Positions 47,953 to 61,031 of a stretch of 64,000 nucleotides of DNA are shown piece by piece. The notes beneath the pieces are model-generated. The model did not search any database. It was not told the DNA's origin and saw nothing but the letters and a program-made list of their open reading frames with translations. The stretch's first letter is position 1. Every line of letters starts with the position of its first letter. Made by a program: the position numbers and the translations under genes. The stretch lies in contig JASTWF010000033.1 in NCBI GenBank assembly GCA_030390025.1, positions 1,118,001 through 1,182,000 on the forward strand, read 5' to 3'. The DNA is from Squalus acanthias (taxonomy: Eukaryota).

Positions 47953-48469
47953 AAGTGACGATGGAGCAGCCGCTCCGGAAGCTTGTGATTTCAAATAAAA
48001 CTGTTGGACTATAACCTGCTGTTGTGCGACTTCTCATTATAATTCTGGACAGTTCAATTTATTACAGAAAAGTTGGCACAGAAGTGTGAGAAAAAAGGGA
48101 TAGGAAGATTTGTAGCACGGAACTGGCGCAGATGAATTTGTTTTTACGTATTATTGAATCGATAAATATATGGAATGAGTGATAGAGTAATTTGATACAT
48201 TTCAACGTAAATAAAGGTGGGGACATTGAGAGTATTTGGGTATAATGATTCTTGCATATTCTGGACATTATGCCAGGGTACGAGAATTGAATCAAGCAGG
48301 TCAAGGAAATCTAATATAATTAGTCCTGCCTCTCGTCAGAAGTCAATTCAAAGTGAATATGTGTCATATACACGTGGTATATATAAATCAATCTAATATT
48401 TACTTAATATATGTTTCAAGCCCAGCAAAACACAGAACACTGAGCATAACGGCATGAGATCATGGGGCA

Positions 48470-49045
48470 ACCATAACTTACAGGATATAATAGTTAACCC
48501 AACCTGGGAACATGGCCATCCAACATCTCTGCGCAGAACTGAATACAATAATCCAGCTGAGGACTAACCAGGGCTCTGTACAGCTGCAGCATAAATTCGA
48601 CCCCGTTGTATTCTCGCCCTCTAGATATAAAGGGTAGCTTTCCATCAGCCTTTTGGATTATTTTCTGTACCTGTCCATGACATTTTAATGATCTGTGTAC
48701 ATAGTCCCCCAAGTCTCTTTGGACATCAAAAAGGTGCAAACAACATTATAGAAATGGAATACGAGAATAAACCTGTGAAAAGTTTTTACGAGTATATTAT
48801 GATAAAGCGGGAGGCGAAGGAGAATGTGGGCCCCATAAAGAGAGAGCCTTGTGATACTGTAATTGAAAATAAGGACATGGCAGTATGCTAAATAATTACT
48901 TTGTATCTGTCTTCATAGTACAGGATAAATTACCAGAGACACGAGGAAAACGAAAACTGAATCAAGGGGACGTATTTTCTAGATTTAATATGATGACATC
49001 AAGCAGGCATTTGATAAGTTTTCACACAAGATACTGTTAGCAAAA
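48470..49045. mobile_element. old CR1 fragments in both orientations
   Basis: QRDLG..LQLYRALVSPQLDYCIQF on -, KSFYEYI..KENVGPI on +. Confidence 0.7.
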
Positions 49046-49159
49046 AATTAATACTACGTTAAATTAGTAACTGTTAATAATATATTACATTATTAACTTT
49101 AATTAGGTACACCTTAGTCTTAATTTTCTGTAAAGTTAGTTAATAGTCGAATAATAAAT

Positions 49160-51400
49160 GCATGGCAGGGCAGCTCAGTCCCACGGAATGTGCATCCTGT
49201 GCCATGTGGGAAATCCAGGACGCTTCCCGTGTCCTGGACAAACAACTCTGCAGGAAGTGTCGTCAGCTGGAGGAGTTCGAGCTCCGGGTTTTGGAGCTTG
49301 AGCAGCAGCTGGCGTCACTGTGGTACATCCATGTGGCTGAGAGCTACGTGGACAGCCCGTTTCAGGAGGTGGTCACCCCGCAGCTAAGGAGTGTACAGGG
49401 AGAGAGGGAATTGGTGATCGACTGATAGAAGGGGAGTACAGACATGACTCCAGGATGGCAATGTTGCCTCCCCGGTGCCAGGGTCAAGCATGTCACTGAG
49501 CGGCTGCAGAATATTCTGAGGGGCGATGGTGAACAGCCCGTGGTCGAGATCCATATCGGTACCAACGACATAGGTAGAAAGAGGGATGAGTTTCCTGGGG
49601 CATGGGGACAGTTCCGGGGAAGGTGGGAGCAGTACAGGCTGGACGGGTTGCAGCTCAACAGAACCGGTAGAAATATCCATACGGGGATGTTTGCTGGCGC
49701 TGTTGGGGAGGATTTAAATTGAGTTGGCAGGGGTGTGGGCAGCAGGATGTAGCAATAGAAAGGAGAAACCAGGCGCACAAAGGATCTGCAGAGACTGATA
49801 GCACTAAAGTAAGAAATAGTAAGATTTTAGGTGCGGTCAGACTAAGAGAGAGCACAGGATTGTCTAAGATAGGTTTACAGTGCATGTATGTGAACGCACA
49901 AACTATAGTAAACAAGGTAGGTGAGCTGCAGGCGCAAATAGCCACATGGGGATATGACGTTGTGGCAATAACGGAGACCTGGCTCGAAAAAGGGCAGGAT
50001 TGGTTATTAAATATTCCTGGATAGAAGGTGTACAGGAAAGATAGGGAAGGAAAGATAGGAGGTGGTGTGGCAGTAAGTATATTACAGTGCTGAAGAGTGA
50101 GGATGCCCTGGAGGGGTCAAGGACAGAATCTATATGGCAATAGTTAAGAAATAATAGAGGGGCCAATAGACTACTAGGTGTATTCTATAGGCCACCAACT
50201 AGTGGGAAATATGGAGGAGCAAATTTGCAGGGAAATTTCAGAGAGATCCAAGAAAGTTTGAAGAAAGGTTTTAAGGATAATCCTCGTGACTAAAGGCCGG
50301 TCAGTTTAACATCAGCGGTGGGTAAAGTTGTGGAAACAATAATCAAGGAAAAAAAATAACGTGCACTTGGAGACATTTAAACTAATTAAGGAGAGCCAAC
50401 ACTGATTTCTAAACAGCAGATCGTGTTTGACTAATCTAATTGAATTTTTTGGGGTGTGGCAAACAGTGAGGATGATACCAATCGACTGCAGCAGGACATA
50501 GAAAGGCTAACAGAATGGGCAGACAACTGGCAGCTGGAATTTCATACAGAGAAGTGTGAAGTGATGCATTTTGACAGAAGGAACAGGGAGTGTCAAGATA
50601 CACTTAATGGCACAGTTTTAAAGAGTGTGCAGGGACAGCGGGACCTGGGGGTTAATGTGCATAGGTCCCCGAAGGTGGCAGGACATGTAGAGAGAGTGCT
50701 TAGCAAAGCATTTGGAATCTTGGGTTTCATAAATAGAGCTATTGAGTACAAAAGTAGAGAAGTTATGCTGAACCTTTATAAAGCGCTGGTTAGGCCACAA
50801 CTGGAGCATTGCGTCCAGTTCGGGTCACCACAATTTAGGAAGGATGTGAAGGCCCTTGAGAGGGTGCAGAGGAGATTTACCAGAATGGTTCCGGGAATGG
50901 GGGATCTTAGCAACAAGGACAGGTTGGAGAAGCTGCATTTGTTTGCATTAAAACAACAATAACTTGTATTTATATAGCATCTTTAACCTAGTCCCAAGGC
51001 GCTGCACATGAGTATTTTAAGACAAAGGAGGTTGAGGGGTGATTTGATAGAGGTGTGCAAGATTATGATGGGTTTGGATAGGCTAGACAGGAAAGGCTGT
51101 TCCCACTAGTTGATGGTACAAGGCCAAGGGAAACAGTTTCAATGTTTTGGGCAAGAGGTACAGAGGGGGATGTGAGGACACCTTCTTTACGCAGCGAGTG
51201 GTCAGGACCGGGACTCGCTGCCGACGGAAGTGGTGGAAATGGAGACGCTCAATGTTTTCAAGGGGAGACTGGATAGGCACTTGAGGGAAATAAACTTGCA
51301 GGGCTATAGCGTGGTAATGGAACAGACTGGTTTGCGCCACAGAGATCCGGCACGGAATCGATAGGCCGAATGGCCTCCTACTGTGCCGTTATGACTCTAG
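49160..51400 (+). mobile_element. CR1 LINE relic with ORF1 (Cys motif + esterase) and internally deleted ORF2
   Basis: CASCAMWE..CRKC, CLPGARV..HIGTND, DGLQLN; YVNAQT..VAITETWL; LYKALVRPQLEHCVQF; CR1 tail. Confidence 0.88.
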
Positions 51401-51864
51401 GACTATGAACTATAGAGTAGTGATCATGGTGGACATCAACTATCCTAATATATCTGAGAACCAGGCTAAATATAGACAGTTCAGAGGAGAAGTGAAAAGG
51501 AAAATAAGAGGGGCAAAGAGAAGGTATGAGAATAGAATGGCAGCTAACATAAAATTTAATCCAAAAGTCTTCTCCAGGCATATATTACCAAGTTTAACGA
51601 CACTATGTTATTTGCACAGTAACTAGTGTGGATGGGAGAAGAAAATTGCAAAGGGACATTGATTGAGTGGGCAAAACTAGAGGCTTCTGATTCAGAATAT
51701 TCGGGAGGAAGGAAATTCGGGAATTTTTGAGTTTGAAATGAACATTTTTGAGTTGTGCAGTTTCGGTCAGAGAAATGTTCGTGAAAGGATATTTTTGCAG
51801 GAAGAGCGATTCAGTATTTCACGTTCACGCTGAACACGTATTTCTGGATCTTAACCTAAGCCGC

Positions 51865-51938
51865 GTTTTCGTATTGTAGCGATTATCACGTTCGCTTCGC
51901 ACGCGAAATAGTCCCCGGTTCGATCCCGGTTGGGAACA
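51865..51938 (+). pseudogene. tRNA-Val-body pseudogene with anticodon mutated to CGC
   Basis: ttatcacgttcgc-tt-cgc-ac-gcgaa; downstream flank paralogous to Val(CAC) at 38262. Confidence 0.78.
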
Positions 51939-52646
51939 TAATGTTGCAGGGTATTTTTTCTGCGAAATACATTTAACAAAAGTAGCCCCAGGTTCCTTGT
52001 GACAGAAGCAATGACAATTTTAAAACAGATCCTAAAATACTCATGTGTAAAATCAGATAGGGGATAAAACTTCATCAAAGAATAAAGTTTTGCAAATTAT
52101 TAAAGTTAAATTATTCAAGTTTCGACTGTCCCTCAGTGTGAGAATTTATTTCATTCTGCAGAGCAACGCTATCGGTTAATAAATGGTGATTAAAAGAATT
52201 AAACCACTAAACTACCAGAAAACACATTAAAGAGTTGATCACAATTGCTGACATTTCTTATCTTTATTCTTGTGGTTTTTCAGCTCTTGATCCTTTTCAG
52301 CTCCTGACTGCGGATATTCCTCTGATTAAACGTGAACAAAATGCAACATCTCGCAGCCCCGGCCTCGGTTAATAGCTGCAGATCGAAGCCGCATTTCAGA
52401 CGCGGAAACAAACCTAGTAATTACTCGCTCTTCCCCAGCTCCAGAGCTCAGAGGGTTATTGTCCATCCCTGGGCTGCAAGATACCACGGACCCGGGCTAA
52501 ACCTCCCCGTACACCGAGCTCAGGCTGAGGAAAACCCCGGGGGAGATGATATCCCGGTCACTGAGCCTTCGAGCAGCATCGAACAAGCACCCGGACTGAA
52601 ACTTTCTCAATGCGGAGGTGATAACTTGCAAGTTATCTTTCTGATT

Positions 52647-52730
52647 ATCAGGGTGGCCGAGCGGTCTAAGGCGCTGCCTTCAGGTCGTATTGATTGCTGC
52701 AACCTGTGGGTTTAAATACCACTTCTGATA
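52647..52730 (+). pseudogene. tRNA-Leu(CAG) pseudogene
   Basis: tcagggtggccgagcggtctaaggcgctgccttcaggtcg...gtgggtttaaataccacttctga. Confidence 0.82.
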
Positions 52731-53017
52731 TTCCTTATTAATAATTAATCAGCGGAGCTCATCTTTTTGACACCGCTATGAGGTGATTTGGGGCATCCCT
52801 TAAAATTCTGTATCAGCGGTTCACCTGCTCCCTTAACATTCAATCTGACCTGGTACTGAAAGTGGTGACGGTTCCGCAGAGTAGCAGCTGTCACGTTCGC
52901 GGAAACATTTTGTTTGAACTTGCTCCTTATGCATGTCCAGGGGCGAGTTTGCTCTCCTCTGAAAGGACTTACGAAAATAAGAACGAAATAATTAAGAGGA
53001 GAATTAGCCCATATATT

Positions 53018-53759
53018 GGGCCAAAAATTCATCCCGCTGCGCGAGAGTACGCACTGCGTACTCTCGCGTATTCTCTCTCCAATTGCCGGTTTTCTGCATG
53101 CCCTGCGCATGCGCTGAAAACCGGCACTTGGTCTTTTGAAAAGTGGGCGGTTCCTCGGTGCATCGCGTGCGCGCTACAGGCTGCGCGCACGCTGTGCACT
53201 TCGTGCTTTGGACGCGCAGGTAAGGACGAAAGATTTTAGAAATGGAAAAAGGAGGAGTAAGACCCACTTTTAACAAGGTAAGTAGTGAATTAAGTATTTT
53301 TTTGAATTTTTTTTAACAGGTATATCTTTTTTAGAGACTTTAAAGACAGGTAAGTTTATTTTTATAACTTTTTAAAAGATTTTAAATTTTTTCAAAAATT
53401 TAATTTTTTATTTAAAATGGTTAATTTATTTAACTATACTTATTTTATTAATGTGATGTTTTTTTAAAAAATTAATTGAGGTTTAGCTGTTATTTTGGCG
53501 GGGTGTAAGATTCATAGATTTCACAGCACGTAGGTGAAACTTATGAATGGAAGATGGTGTGCTGCCATTGGCTCTAACTGAGTCACGTGATCCCACAGCT
53601 CGCACGAATTCACTACGCCGGTGGGATACGCAAGCACTGCCCAGCTGATGTCTGGAACATCAAGTTCGTGCGACCTGGATCTGAAAAAGCCAACGCGGAG
53701 TGAGAGTTCGCGGGGAAGCCTTACCCCCGCGGGAACAGAGCGAGATCAATTTCTGGGCC
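53018..53759. mobile_element. Harbinger MITE sharing ends with 21181-25751
   Basis: Ends gggccaaaaattcatc / gatcaatttctgggcc; ATT/ATT TSD; subterminal palindromes retained. Confidence 0.9.
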
Positions 53760-53928
53760 ATTATGTAAAATGAGATATGAGTAACAGTTACCATGCAAAG
53801 CACAAATAAAATGATTGAATTATCGACACTCGCTCAGTTTTCATTTCTTTCATTGGGCAAAAGAAGATTATCGGTGAATTAATGATGCTTTTCCGTGAAA
53901 GCAACGTAAAAGTTGAACAAAAAGCACT

Positions 53929-54001
53929 CGTTCAACGGGGGGCTCGAACCCACGACCCTGAGATTAAGAGTCGCATGTTCTACCGACTGAAATAGCCGGG
54001 C
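53929..54001 (-). pseudogene. tRNA-Lys(CTT) pseudogene
   Basis: Inverted paralog of 31090-31162 with several substitutions. Confidence 0.85.
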
Positions 54002-55300
54002 TTGTTCAAGTTGTACGTCCTTGTCGCTGATTGCCGTCAGGCGCCTGTTGGCTCCGCCCCAGGGGTTTAACTTGTTCTGCAAACCACGAACCATGTTATC
54101 CTGAATTCCAAGTTGTGTAACGAAATCATGCATCAAAAGCCCTTTCATTAACCACAGGGGTTCAGGCAATTTTCTAATCGCAAAGCGCTTTTAGTCCTTG
54201 TCAATATCTCTTGTCTATCTCCCTGTGTTTCCCGATTCTGTCTGTCTCTCTGGCTCTGTTAATATGTGTGTGGCCACCTGTAGGTTATATAATCTATCAA
54301 TCATAGAATCATAGAATGGTTGTTGCAAGGAAGAAGTTCATTCGGCCCGTCGAGCCCGTGCCGGCTCTCTGCAAGAGCATTTGAGCTAGTCCCACTCTCC
54401 CGCCCTTTCCCCGTAGCCCTGCAAATGTTTTTCCCTTCAGGTTTTATCCAATTCCCCTTTGAAAGTCGCCATTGAATCTGCCTCCACCACCATTTCTGGC
54501 AGTGCACTCCAGATCTTAATCACTCGCTGCGTAAAAAACTTTTTCCTCATGTCGCTTTTGTTTCTTTTGCAAGTCACTTTTAATCTGTGTCCTCTGATTT
54601 TCGACCCTCCTGTCAATGGGAACAGTTTCTCACTCTCCACTCTGTCCAGATTCATTATGATCTTGAAAACCTCTATCAAATCTCCTCTTATCTTCTCTGC
54701 TACAAGGAGATCAACCCCAGCTTCTCCAATCTGTCAACGTAACTGACGTGCCTCATCCCTGGAACCCTTCTTGTTCATCTTTTCTGCACAATCCCTAAAG
54801 CCTTCACATCCTTCCTAAAGAGCGGTGCCCAGATATTGACACAGTACTCCAGTTGGGGCCGAACCAGTGTTTTATAAAGGTTCATTATAATTTCTCCACT
54901 TTTGTAATCTATACATCTATTCATGAAGCCCAGCATCCCGTAAGCATTTTTAACTGCTTTCTCAACCTGCACTGCCGTCTTCAACGATATGTGCACACAT
55001 AAACCCAGGTCTCTCTGTTGGTGCACCTCCTTCAGGATTCTAACACTTAGTTTATATGTCCTCTCCTCATGCTTCTTACCCAAATGAATCACTGGACACT
55101 TTTCCGCATTAAATTTCATCTGCCACGTGTCCGGCCGTTTCACCAGCCTGTCTATGTCTTCCTGAATTCTATCTCTCTCCGCAACACTGTTCACTATATC
55201 TCCAAGTTTTCTTTCATCTGCAAATGTTGATATTGTGCCCTGTACACCCACATCCAAGTCATTAATATATATCAGGAAAGCAGTGCTCCTAGAACCGACG

Positions 55301-58300
55301 CGTTTGCTGATGATACAAAGCTAGGTGGGACAGTGAGCTGTGAGGAGTACACAAAGAGTCTTAAAGGGATATCGATAGACTAAGTGAATGGGCAGTAAGC
55401 TGGCAGATGGAGTGTAATGTAGGGAAATGTGAGGTTATTCTCTTTGGTAGGAAGAATAGCAAAACAAATATTTTTTAAAGGGCGAGAAACTTTCAAATGT
55501 TGGTGTTCAGAGAGATTTGTGTGTCCTCGTGCAAAAAACACAGAAAGCTAGCATACATGTACAGTAAGCAATAAGGAAGGCAAATGGCACGTCGGCCTTT
55601 ATTTCAAGGGGTTGGAGTATAAGGGTGAGGAAGTCTTGCTACAATGCATAGGGACTTGCTGAGACCACACCTGGAGTACTGTGCACAGTTTTGGTCTCCT
55701 TATCCAAGGAAGGGTGTACTTCCCTTGGAGGCGGTGCAATAAAAGTTTACTAGATTGATTGGTAGAAGCATAGAAGATAGGAGCAGAAATAGGCCATTCG
55801 GCCCCTCGAGCCTGCTCCGCCATTTAATGAGATCATGGCTGATCATCCAAATTCAGTACCCTGTCCCTGCTTTCTCCCCATATCCCTTGATCCCTTTAGC
55901 CTTAAGTAATATATTTATCTCCTTCTTCAATATATTTAATGAATTGGCATCAACTGCCTTCTGTGGTAGAGAATTCCACAGGTTCACCACTCTGTGGGTG
56001 AAGAAATTCCTCCTCATCTCAGTCCTAAATAGCTTACCCCGTATCCTTAGATTGTGACCTCTGGTTCTGGACTACCCCGCCATCTGGAACATCCTTCCTG
56101 CATCTAGTCTGTCTAGTCCTGTAAGAATTTTATAAGTTTCAATGAGATCCCCTCTCATTCTTCGAAACTCTAGCGAATATAAGCCTAATCCACCCAATCT
56201 CTCTTCATACGTTATTCCTGCCATCCCAGGTATCAGTCTGGTAAAGCTTCGCTGCACTCCCTCCATGGCAAGAACATCATTCCTCAGAGAAGGCGACCAA
56301 AACTGCACACAATACTCAAGCTGTGGTCTCACCAAGGCCTTGTACAACTGCAGCAAGACATCCTTGCTCCTGTACTCGAATCCTCTCGCTATGAAGGCCA
56401 ACATACCATTGGCCTTCTTAACCACCTGCTGCACCTGCATGCTTACCTTCAGCGACTGGTGCACAAGGACTCCCAGATCTCGTTGCACTTCCCCTTTTCC
56501 CATTCTACTGCCGTTCAGATAATAATCTATCTTCCTATTTTTGCCGCCAAAGTGGATAACCTCGCATTTATCCTACTTATACAGCATCTGCCATGCGTCT
56601 GCCCAATCACCCAACCTGGCCAAATCATACTGGAGTTTATCTGTATCCTCCTCACAGCACACACGCCTACCCAGCTTTGTGTCGTCTGCAAACTTAGTGA
56701 TATTACATCTACTTCCCTCGTCTAGATCATTAATATATATTGTGAATAGCTGGAGTCAAGCACCGATCCCTGTGGTACCCCAGTAGTCACTGCCTGCCAC
56801 TCGGGAAAAGACACGTTTATTCCAAATCTTTGCTTCCTGTCTGCCAACCAGTTCTCTTTCCAAATCAGTACCTTACCCCCAATCCCATGTGCTTTAACTT
56901 TGCACGCTAATCTCTTATGTGGGACGTTATCGAAAGCCTTCTGAATGTCCAAATGCACCACATCCACTGGTTCTCCCTTATCTATTTTACCAGTTATATC
57001 CTCAAAAAATTCCAGTAGAATAGTCAGGTATGATTTCCATTTTGTAAATCCATGTTGACTTTGTCCGATTCTGCCACTGTTTTCCAAGTGCTCTGCTATT
57101 ACATCTTTTATCATGGACTCTAGCATTTTGCCCACTACCGATTTCAGGCTTACCGGTCTATAATTCACCATTTATTCTCTGCCACCTTTTTTAAATAGTG
57201 AGGTTACATTAGCTACCCTCCAATCCATGGGAACTGTTCCAGAGTCGATAGAAGTTTGAAAGATGAACAGCAATGCATCTACTATTTCTAGGGCCACTTC
57301 CTTAAGTACCCTAGGATGTAGATAATCAGGCTCTGGGGATTTATCAGCCTTCAACCCGATAATTTTCCTCACACCATTTCCCTACAAATACTGATTTCTT
57401 TCAGTTCCTCCCTCTCATTAGAAGCTTCGTTCCCCGACAGCTCTGGGAGTTTATTTGTGTCCTCCTTTGTGAAGACAGAACCAAAGTATGTATTTAATTG
57501 GTGTGCCATTTCTTTGTTCCCCATTATAAATTCCCCTGATTCTGACTGCAAGGGACCTACGCTTCACTGCACCAATCTTTTTCTCTTCACATATCTATAG
57601 AAGCTTTTACAGTCAGTTTTTATGTTCCCTGAAGCTTACTCTCATATTCTATTTTCCCCCTCTTAATTAATACCTTTGTCCTCCTTTGCTGAATCCTAAA
57701 CTGTTCCCAATCCTCAGGTTTGCTGCTTTTTCTGGCCAATTTATATGGCCTCTCCTTGGATCTTATGCTATCCCTAATTTCCCTTGTTAGCTGCGGTTGA
57801 GTCACCTTTTTTGTTTTATATTTATGCCAAACAGGGATGAACAAATTATGTACTTCATCCATGCGATCTTTAAATGTTTGCCATTGCCTATCCACCGTCA
57901 TCTCTTTAAGTAACGCTCCCCAATCCACCCTAGAGAACTCGCGCCTCATACCATTGTAGTCTCCTTTATTTAAATTCAGGACCCTAGTCTCTGAGTCAAC
58001 TACTTCACTCTCCATCTTAATGAAGAATTCTATCATATTATGATCGCTCCTCCCCAAGGGGCCTCGCACAACAAGATTGCTAATTAATCCTTTCTCATTA
58101 CCTAATACCGAGTCTAAGGTGGCCTGATCTCCAGTTGGTTCCTCGACATATTGGTCCAGGAAACCATCCCGTATACACTCCAGGAATTCCTCCTCCACAG
58201 TATTGTTACTGATTTGGTTAGCCCAATCTATATGTAGATTAAATTCACCCATGATAACTGCTGTGCCCTTATTGCACTCGTCTCTAATTTCCAGTTTAAT

Positions 58301-59640
58301 GCCATCCCCAACATAAGCATTACTGTTTGGGGCTCTGTATACAACTCCCACTCACGTTTTCTGTCTCTTATTATTCCTCAGCTCTACCCAAACAGATTCC
58401 ACATCATCAGAGCTAATATCCTTTCTTACTATTGTGTTAATCTCCTCTTTAACCAGCAATGCTACCCCACCTCCTTTTCTTTTTTGTCTGTTCTTCCTGA
58501 ATATTGAATACCCCTGGATGTTGAATTCCCAGCCTTGGTCACTCTGGAGCCATGTCTTCGTGATCCCAATCATATCACATCCGTTTACATCTATATGCGC
58601 AGCTAATTCATGCACCTTATTACGAATGCTCCTCGCATTAAGACACAAAGACTTCAGGCTTGTTTTTTTAACACTCTTATTCCTTTTAGAATTATTATTT
58701 ACTGTTGCCCTGTTTGATTTACACACTTGATTTCTCTGCCTTCCACTTTTGCTTTTCTCCTTCTTGTTTTTGCTTCTATCCTTGCTTCCCTTTCCTCTGT
58801 TTCCCTGCACAGGTTCCCAACCCCCTGCCATTTTAGTTTAAACCCTCCCCAACAGCACTGGCAAACACTTCCCCTCGGACATAGGTCCCGGTCCTGCCCG
58901 GGTGCAATCCATCCAGTTTGTACTGGTCCCACCTCCCCCAGAACCGGTTCCAATGTCCCAGGAATTTGAATCCCTCCCCCTTGCACCATTCCTCTAGCCA
59001 CGTATTCATCTGAAATATCCTTCTATTTCTACTCTGACTAGCACGTGGCACTGGTAGAATCCTGAGATTACTACCTTTGAGGTCCTATTTTTTAATTTAC
59101 CTCCTAACTCCCTATATTCAGCTTTTAGGGCCTCATCCCGGTTTTTTTTACCTATATCGTTGGTTCCTGGGATTCCTGGGATGAGAGGGCTCTCCTATGA
59201 TGAGATATTATGTAGAATGAGCCTATCCTCCCTGGAGTTTAGAAGAATGAGAGCTGATCTCATTAAGATATATAAGATTCTGAAGGGGATTGACACGTTA
59301 GATGCTGAGCGGTAGTTTCGCCTGGCTAGAGTGCCTTGATCTAGGGGGCAGATTCTCAGGAGAAGGGGTCGGCCATTTAAGGCTGAGATGAGGAGAAATT
59401 TCTTCACTGAGAGCGTTGTGAATCTTTGGAATTCTCTGCCCTAGAGGGTTGTGAATGCTGAGTCTTTGAATATATTCAAGGCTGAGATCAATAGAATTTT
59501 GGATTCGAGGTAATCGAGGGATATGGGGATCGGGCGGGAAAGTGGAGTTGAGGTCGATGATCAGCCATGAACTTATTGAATGGTGGAGCAGGCTCGAGGG
59601 GCCGTATGCCCTACTCCTGCTCTTATCTCTTCTGTTGTCT
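55301..59640 (+). mobile_element. middle CR1 LINE (55301-55760 + 59168-59640)
   Basis: Begins at FADDTKLGG; split between FTRLI and PGMRGLSY; ends in CR1 tail. Confidence 0.85.
55765..59165 (-). mobile_element. inner CR1 LINE: partial ORF1 esterase plus full-span degenerate ORF2
   Basis: GTNDIG, LDGLH; LNARSIRNK, GVVYRAPN, GRSDHN, NYRPVSL, SQHGF, GVPQGSVL, LYKALVRPQLEY. Confidence 0.92.
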
Positions 59641-60081
59641 TGTTCTTATGAAACACCACTGTACACCTACCTCCAGTCCAAAAATCAACCGTTCACCTCT
59701 GCTCTCTGTTTCTTATCACTTCGACCAATTCTGTACCCATGCTGCCACTTACACTATTATTCCGCGTGCTTCAACTTTGCTGGCAAGCCTATTATGTGGC
59801 ACATTGGCAAACACCTTTTGGAAATCCAAGTATACTGTGTCAACTGCATTACCCTCATCAATCCTCTCTATTACCTCATCAAAGAACTCAATCAAGTTAG
59901 TTAAACAGGATATTCCTTCAACAAATCCGTGCTGGCTTTCCTTAATGAATCCACACATGTCGAAATGGCTGTTAATTTTGTCACTGATTACTGTTTCTAT
60001 AATCTTGCCCACCAGCGAGGTCAAACTCACTAGCCTGTAGGTTGATTTTGAACGAATACCTGTATTTGTGTCATGTCACAT

Positions 60082-60840
60082 GGACCAGAAATTAAACATC
60101 GATGGTTGCCGCAGGGGTAAGGATTCCCCGCGATATAGCACTCCGCGCCTACCTTTTTGTTTCAGGCCCACACGAACTTCAGTTTGAGGGCCTCGCCCTG
60201 TTGCTGCCGTGCAGTGCTTGCGTGTCCCAGAGGCGCAATTAGTTCGTGTGAACTCTGGGATCACGTGGGCAAGTTTGAGCCAATGGCAGCACACCATCTT
60301 TCATTCATAGTTTTGACAGCAAGGGCTGTCAAAGCTATGAATACTACAAGCCCCCAAAAGAACAGCTAAACCTCAATTAAATTAAAAAAAGTCATCACAT
60401 CAATAAAATAACTATAGTTAATTAAATTAACCACTTGAAACAAAACATTAAATTTTTGAAAAAATTTAAATTCTTTTTAAAAGTTATAAAAATAAACATA
60501 CCTTTCTTTAAAGTCTCTAAAAAAGATAAACCTGTTGAAAAAAAATTAAAATAACACTTAATTAACTACTTACCTTGTTAAAAGGGTTCCTACAACTGCT
60601 TTCTTTATGTGTAAAATCTTCACCAATTACCTGCGCATTCAAACCTGAAAAAAAAACTAAGTGTACTGCGTGCGCGCAGCCTGTAGCGCACACGGTTCAC
60701 TTAGGAACCGCCGCCTTTGCAATGCACGAAGTGCCGGTTTCCCGCGCATGCGCAGTGCATGCAGGAACCCGGCAATTCGGGACCAAATACGCGAGAGTAC
60801 ACAGTGCGTACTCTCGCGTATTAGGTCTAATTTTCGGGCC
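60082..60840. mobile_element. Harbinger MITE (inverted relative to 31793-32555)
   Basis: Ends ggaccagaaatt / aattttcgggcc; colinear reverse complement of 31793-32555; empty paralogous site cacATTaaatac near 30434-30445; TSD degraded. Confidence 0.9.
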
Positions 60841-60973
60841 GTTAAATAAATGAGGGCATCAAGCGCTTCTCTCCCTGACACTGGGGAAGCAGTGATACTG
60901 ACTTTAGAGCAAGGGTCTGTTTATTGTGTAACAGCAAAGAAAATATTAATCCTGGGTTTATCCAAAAGACTTG

Positions 60974-61031
60974 TGACCCCGACGTGATCACGCAGCCTTC
61001 TGATCTGGAGTCAGACCCGCTTTCGTTGCGG
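60974..61031 (-). pseudogene. tRNA-Trp(CCA) pseudogene with deletion
   Basis: tgaccccgacgtgat-cacgcagccttctgatctggagtcagac; paralog of 30570-30642. Confidence 0.78.

Larger units (their letters stand above)
40840..48036. mobile_element. palindromic Penelope pLTR mini-element (40840-40944 + 47894-48036) enclosing a Tx1 LINE
   Basis: Inverted arms (gagaagtcgcacaac..tatagtccaacag..tcacaagc versus its reverse complement at 47981-48036); exact 11-bp TSD ttataattctg at 40829-40839 and 48037-48047; hammerhead motif. Penelope assignment is inferred from the minimal hammerhead and inverted layout. Confidence 0.8.
54287..60033 (-). mobile_element. outer CR1 LINE (54287-55300 + 59650-60033) of a triple nest
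   Basis: RT split between VYSGV and GSVLG; 10-bp cctgtaggtt duplicated at 54277-54286 and 60034-60043. Confidence 0.85.

Noticed and set aside
47955..47987. Plus-strand hammerhead copy, also relics at ~3515-3552, ~37670-37710 and ~40015-40055
   Set aside because: Catalytic core mutated (for example GTGACGA...GGAA), so not called as ribozymes
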